From the NCBI GenBank assembly GCA_963768855.1, contig CAVYJM010000022.1, positions 1 to 19,786 on the forward strand: 19,786 nucleotides of DNA, written 5' to 3'. This stretch comes from an uncultured Thermoplasmata archaeon (lineage in GTDB: Archaea > Thermoplasmatota > Thermoplasmata > RBG-16-68-12). The notes beneath the pieces are model-generated. The model had not been told where the DNA came from and ran no database searches. It worked only from the letters and a program-made list of their open reading frames with translations. Of the stretch, positions 16,616 through 19,786 are shown piece by piece; positions within the stretch are counted from its first letter, which is position 1, and each line of letters begins with the position of its first letter. The position numbers and the translations under genes are program-made.

Positions 16616-17683
16616 GTGCGTCTCGCGTCGGCCAAGGTGCACCTCCTGAGCATCCCGCTCCGCCACCCGTTCGTGATCTCTCTCGGCACCCAGCGCGACT
16701 ACATGGGGACGATCGTGGAGCTCGAATCCGAGGAACACACGGGATTCGGGGAGGGCTCCACGATCCCGCAGATCACGGGCGAATCTCCGGAGGCGGTCGC
16801 GGCCACCGCGAAGTTCATCCTGAGCGCCCTGGCGGGGCGGACCTTCGGCGGCCTGGAGGAGTTCGCATCCGCCGTGCATTCGGCGATCCACGCGAGCCCG
16901 ACGGCGAAGAGCGCGATCGACATCGCCGCCCACGATCTCCTCGGGAAGGCCTGGGGTCTCCACGTGATCCAGATGCTCGGCGGCCGCTTCGCCGATCTTC
17001 CGACGAGCCTCACGATCGGCCTGGGCACCGTGGAGGACAGCCTGCGGCAACTCAAGGAGTTGCAGGCCGAGAAGTGTCAGATCATCAAGGTCAAGGTCGG
17101 CGGGAACCTCGAGGAGGACATCCGAAGGGTGCGGGCCGTCTCGGAGCACCTCCAGAGCGAGCGCTTCTACGTCGACGCGAACCAGGGATACTCCCTGCGG
17201 GACGCGCTTCGCCTGTGCTCGGTCCTGCTGGAGTGCGGCGCGTTGTTCTTCGAGCAGCCCCTCGGCCGCAATGCCCTCGAGGACCTCCGCGCCCTGCGGA
17301 AGTCGTCGAACGTTCCCGTGATGTTGGACGAGAGCATCTCTTCGCCGGGGGACGTCATCGAGGCGGTGCGCCGCGAGGCCGCGGACTTCGTGAACGTGAA
17401 GCTGACCAAGAGTGGCGGCATCCGGAACGCGTTGAAGACGCTGATCACCGCGCAGGCGTACGGCATCGAGGCGATGGTCGGCTGCATGGTCGAGGGGAAG
17501 CTGGGCACGGCGGCGGGGCTGTGCGTGGCGTCCTCCGTCGGGAACGTGAAGTTCACGGACCTCGACGGCTACACGTCCATGGTCACGCAGCCGTTCGAGG
17601 GAGGGCTGACCTACAAGGACGGGATCAACAGCCCCGTGCGGGGCGTGGGGATGGCCGTGGAGAAGGTGCCGGCCAACTGGTGA
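16616..17683 (+). CDS. Dipeptide epimerase (L-Ala-D/L-Glu epimerase family, enolase superfamily MLE subgroup; YcjG/YkfB-like), ~355 aa
   Basis: KVK, DANQG, EQP, DES, NVKLTK, GCMVE and the DLD motif diagnostic of dipeptide epimerases; PF.IS.G loop. Start probably GTG 16616 (GAGG 9 nt upstream, MRLASAKVHLLSIPL); alternative GTG 16568. Confidence 0.9.
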   Translation: MRLASAKVHLLSIPLRHPFVISLGTQRDYMGTIVELESEEHTGFGEGSTIPQITGESPEAVAATAKFILSALAGRTFGGLEEFASAVHSAIHASPTAKSAIDIAAHDLLGKAWGLHVIQMLGGRFADLPTSLTIGLGTVEDSLRQLKELQAEKCQIIKVKVGGNLEEDIRRVRAVSEHLQSERFYVDANQGYSLRDALRLCSVLLECGALFFEQPLGRNALEDLRALRKSSNVPVMLDESISSPGDVIEAVRREAADFVNVKLTKSGGIRNALKTLITAQAYGIEAMVGCMVEGKLGTAAGLCVASSVGNVKFTDLDGYTSMVTQPFEGGLTYKDGINSPVRGVGMAVEKVPANW

Positions 17684-17684
17684 C

Positions 17685-18971
17685 TCACCGGGCGACTTGC
17701 GGAACGAGCTGGCCCCGCAGCAGATCCTGCAGCGTCTCCCGCTCCCGCACGAGGCGCGCCTGGCCGTCTGCGATGAGGACTTCCGCGGGCAACGGTCGGG
17801 TGTTGTAGTGGCTCGACATCGTGAACCCGTACGCGCCGCAGTTCAGGAACGCGAGCAGGTCTCCCCGCTCCAGGGCGGGGAGCCTCCGGTCCTTCCCCTG
17901 GATGTCCGTGTTCTCGCATATCTGGCCGGTCACGTTCACCCGGACACTCCGCCTCGCATCGAGCTTGTTCGCCGGGAGGATCTCGTGGTAGGCCCCGTAG
18001 AGGGCGGGACGCAGGAGCGTGTTCATCCCCGCATCGCAGCCGACGAAGCGCTTCGCGGACGTCTTCACGTGCGTGACCGAGGCGAGCAGGACCCCTGCGT
18101 CCCCGACGAGGTAGCGACCCGGCTCGATCACGAGCGTCGGATCGCCGATTTCGGGGTTGCTCGCAAGCTTGTGCTCGTACGCGTCCACGACCTTCTTGGC
18201 GAGCTCCTGGACGGGGAGGCCTTTCTGGCTGATCTTGTCCGGGGTGCCGAACCCTCCGCCGAGATCGATGAAGTCGAGCTCGATGTGGAGCGCCTTCGCG
18301 ATCCTCGCCGCGATGCCTGTGAGGCGGTCCGTGATCGCGGCCCAATAAGGCGTCTCGAGGACGTTCGACCCGGCCATCATGTGCACGCCGAGGCGTTCGA
18401 TGCCTGCCTCCTTCGCGAGGCGATACGCCTTCAGGGCCTCTCGCTCCCGCATCCCGAACTTCGCGTCCGGTCCGGCGGTCACGACCCCGGGGAACTTCCC
18501 CTTGCCGAAGCCCGGGTTGATCCGGAAGCAGAGGGCGCGCGGTTTGCCGAACTTCAGGAGGCGTTCGAGGAGGGGACCGTCGTCCAGGTTGATCTCCGCG
18601 CCGGACTCGAGCCCGTACCGCAGCTCCTCGTCCGAGTTGTAGTTCCCGGAGTAGAGGAGGCGGTCCCCCGGGAATCCCGCGGTCTTCGCGAGCAGGATCT
18701 CCGCGGGGCTCGCGCAGTCCGCCCCCGCGCCCTCCCGCCGCAGGAGGTCCAGGACGGACAGGTTGTTGTTCGCCTTCACCGCGTAGTTCGCCCGGAAGTT
18801 CTTCCTCCGCGCGGCGAAGGCTCCGTGGATCCGGCGATAGTTGTCCTGGATCCTCCGGGCGGAGTACACGTAGAGCGGCGTGCCGAAGCGGGAGGCGAGG
18901 TCGACCGAGCTGATCCCGTCCACGTACATCACGCCGTTCCGGTTCTCGAGGTAATCGTAGATTCCGGGCAC
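17685..18971 (-). CDS. lysA: Diaminopimelate decarboxylase, 428 aa
   Basis: GTG 18971 after GGAGGA. FGTPLYVYS, PLP-lysine YAVKAN, KFG, HMMAGS, IDLGGGFG, EPGRY, NTLLRPALY, G.ICE, GAYG..MSSHYN.RP. The upstream part of the track ORF is a shadow of the EamA gene. Confidence 0.93.
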   Translation of the reverse strand: MPGIYDYLENRNGVMYVDGISSVDLASRFGTPLYVYSARRIQDNYRRIHGAFAARRKNFRANYAVKANNNLSVLDLLRREGAGADCASPAEILLAKTAGFPGDRLLYSGNYNSDEELRYGLESGAEINLDDGPLLERLLKFGKPRALCFRINPGFGKGKFPGVVTAGPDAKFGMREREALKAYRLAKEAGIERLGVHMMAGSNVLETPYWAAITDRLTGIAARIAKALHIELDFIDLGGGFGTPDKISQKGLPVQELAKKVVDAYEHKLASNPEIGDPTLVIEPGRYLVGDAGVLLASVTHVKTSAKRFVGCDAGMNTLLRPALYGAYHEILPANKLDARRSVRVNVTGQICENTDIQGKDRRLPALERGDLLAFLNCGAYGFTMSSHYNTRPLPAEVLIADGQARLVRERETLQDLLRGQLVPQVAR

Positions 18972-19022
18972 GGGGATTCCTCCTTCCGTCTTCCGCGGCA
19001 CCCCGGTGAGTTTCGGAGGAGG

Positions 19023-19028
19023 ATATAA
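19023..19028 (-). promoter_or_regulatory. TATA-like box in the lysA/eamA divergent spacer
   Basis: TTATAT on the minus strand ~52 nt upstream of the lysA GTG; the only AT-rich island in the spacer. Confidence 0.4.
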
Positions 19029-19110
19029 TCCAGTCGTCCGTACCTTCGACCAGCGTGCATCACAGGCCGTTCGCAATCCTGATGCGTCCGGTCCCGCTCC
19101 CCGGGCCACC

Positions 19111-19752
19111 ATGGCGCTCGAGTGGCTGGGACTGGCCCTGGCGGCCGCGGTCCTCAACGGCTTCAGCGTCCTCGCCGCGAAGCCGAGCGCGGACCGCCTC
19201 GGTCCGTGGGTCATGTGGCTGGGCGCCATCCTGACCGAGGGGATCGCCTTCGGCGTGGCAGGGCTCCTGTCCCCGCGCGGGCCCGGGACCGCCGACGCAC
19301 GCCTCGTCCTCGCCGCGGTCTCTGCGGGGATCCTGGGCGCGGTGGGGTACCTGACCTTCTTCGCGGGGATGCGACTCGGGAGCGTCGGCCTCGTCGGCAC
19401 GATCTCCGCGGCCGCGCCGGTGCTGACCGTGGTCCTGAGCGTCCTCTTCCTCGGGGAGACGCTGGGGGCGCTCCAGATCCTGGGGATCGCGATGACGGTC
19501 GCGTGCGTCCTGCTCCTCACCGCGGAGCCGGGACGTGGGCGTGTCCCTCGCCGCCTGGCCGTGGTCCTCAGCCTCGGCAGTTTCCTGGTGTGGGGCCTCT
19601 GGGCCTTCCTGGTGAAGGCGAGCGTGAGCGCCCTCGGGGAGGGCGACCTCTTCCTCTTCCTGGCCTCCGGGTACCTGGGCGTCTCCGTGGTGGCCGCGAT
19701 TCGCTGGAGGAAGGAGGCCGCGCCCCGGGATCCGCCCTCCCGGCCGACGTGG
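19111..19752 (+). CDS. EamA/DMT-family transporter, 3'-partial (absent from the ORF track because it has no stop)
   Basis: ATG 19111: MALEWLGLALAAAVLNG...GYLTFFAGMRLGSVGLVGTISAAAPVLTVVLSVLFLGETLGALQILGIAM...LVWGLWAFLVK. First EamA repeat complete, second started. Confidence 0.9.
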
Positions 19753-19786
19753 AGCAAGCACCGTAACCGAACGAATAGGGTTACAC
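19753..19786. other. Probable residual Oxford Nanopore ligation-adapter sequence (technical artefact)
   Basis: AGCAA-gcac-CGTAAC-c-GAACGAA resembles the adapter reverse complement AGCAATACGTAACTGAACGAAGTAC. Abrupt drop in GC and loss of EamA-like coding at the very end of the window. Confidence 0.75.

Noticed and set aside
65-19786. Many long Arg/Pro/Gly-rich track ORFs (e.g. 3962..5290, 5713..7101, 7832..10648, 8235..10535, 10251..11840, 12166..13830, 17697..19028)
   Set aside because: Alternate-frame or antisense shadows of real genes, expected at high GC; no motifs.
1-19786. CRISPR arrays, rRNA, tRNA, IS elements, integrases
   Set aside because: No regularly spaced repeats, cloverleafs or transposase/recombinase motifs were seen by eye.

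Overview
GC-rich prokaryotic DNA, probably from an archaeon such as a high-GC Thermoplasmata. That assignment is my inference from TATA-like boxes, an apparently leaderless gene and a solute-binding protein anchored by a TM helix rather than a lipobox; it is not proven. (1) 1-1419: start of a minus-strand operon (about 6-TM membrane protein, then a 2x[4Fe-4S] ferredoxin) running off the left edge. (2) ~1640-5530: accessory patch with orphan ORFs, a SnoaL/NTF2-like protein, an RHH/RelE toxin-antitoxin pair with an operator palindrome, a lower-GC secreted Cys/His protein, a standalone HNH nuclease, and two gene stumps missed by the ORF track (3' end of a second HNH paralogue; 3' half of a DUF2461-like gene). 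(3) 5800-18971: a contiguous peptide cluster with a signal-less DacB/PBP4 peptidase, a Dpp/Opp ABC transporter (permease-ATPase fusion carrying a Zn-ribbon insert; binding protein split by one frameshift), an M1 aminopeptidase with HEAT repeats, an L-Ala-D/L-Glu-type dipeptide epimerase and diaminopimelate decarboxylase, followed by a partial EamA transporter. The cluster looks like a pathway for importing and dismantling bacterial peptidoglycan stem peptides, which would be remarkable in a murein-less archaeon; this is the top finding and is an inference. The last ~34 nt resemble a noisy Oxford Nanopore adapter, so single-base oddities may be read errors.
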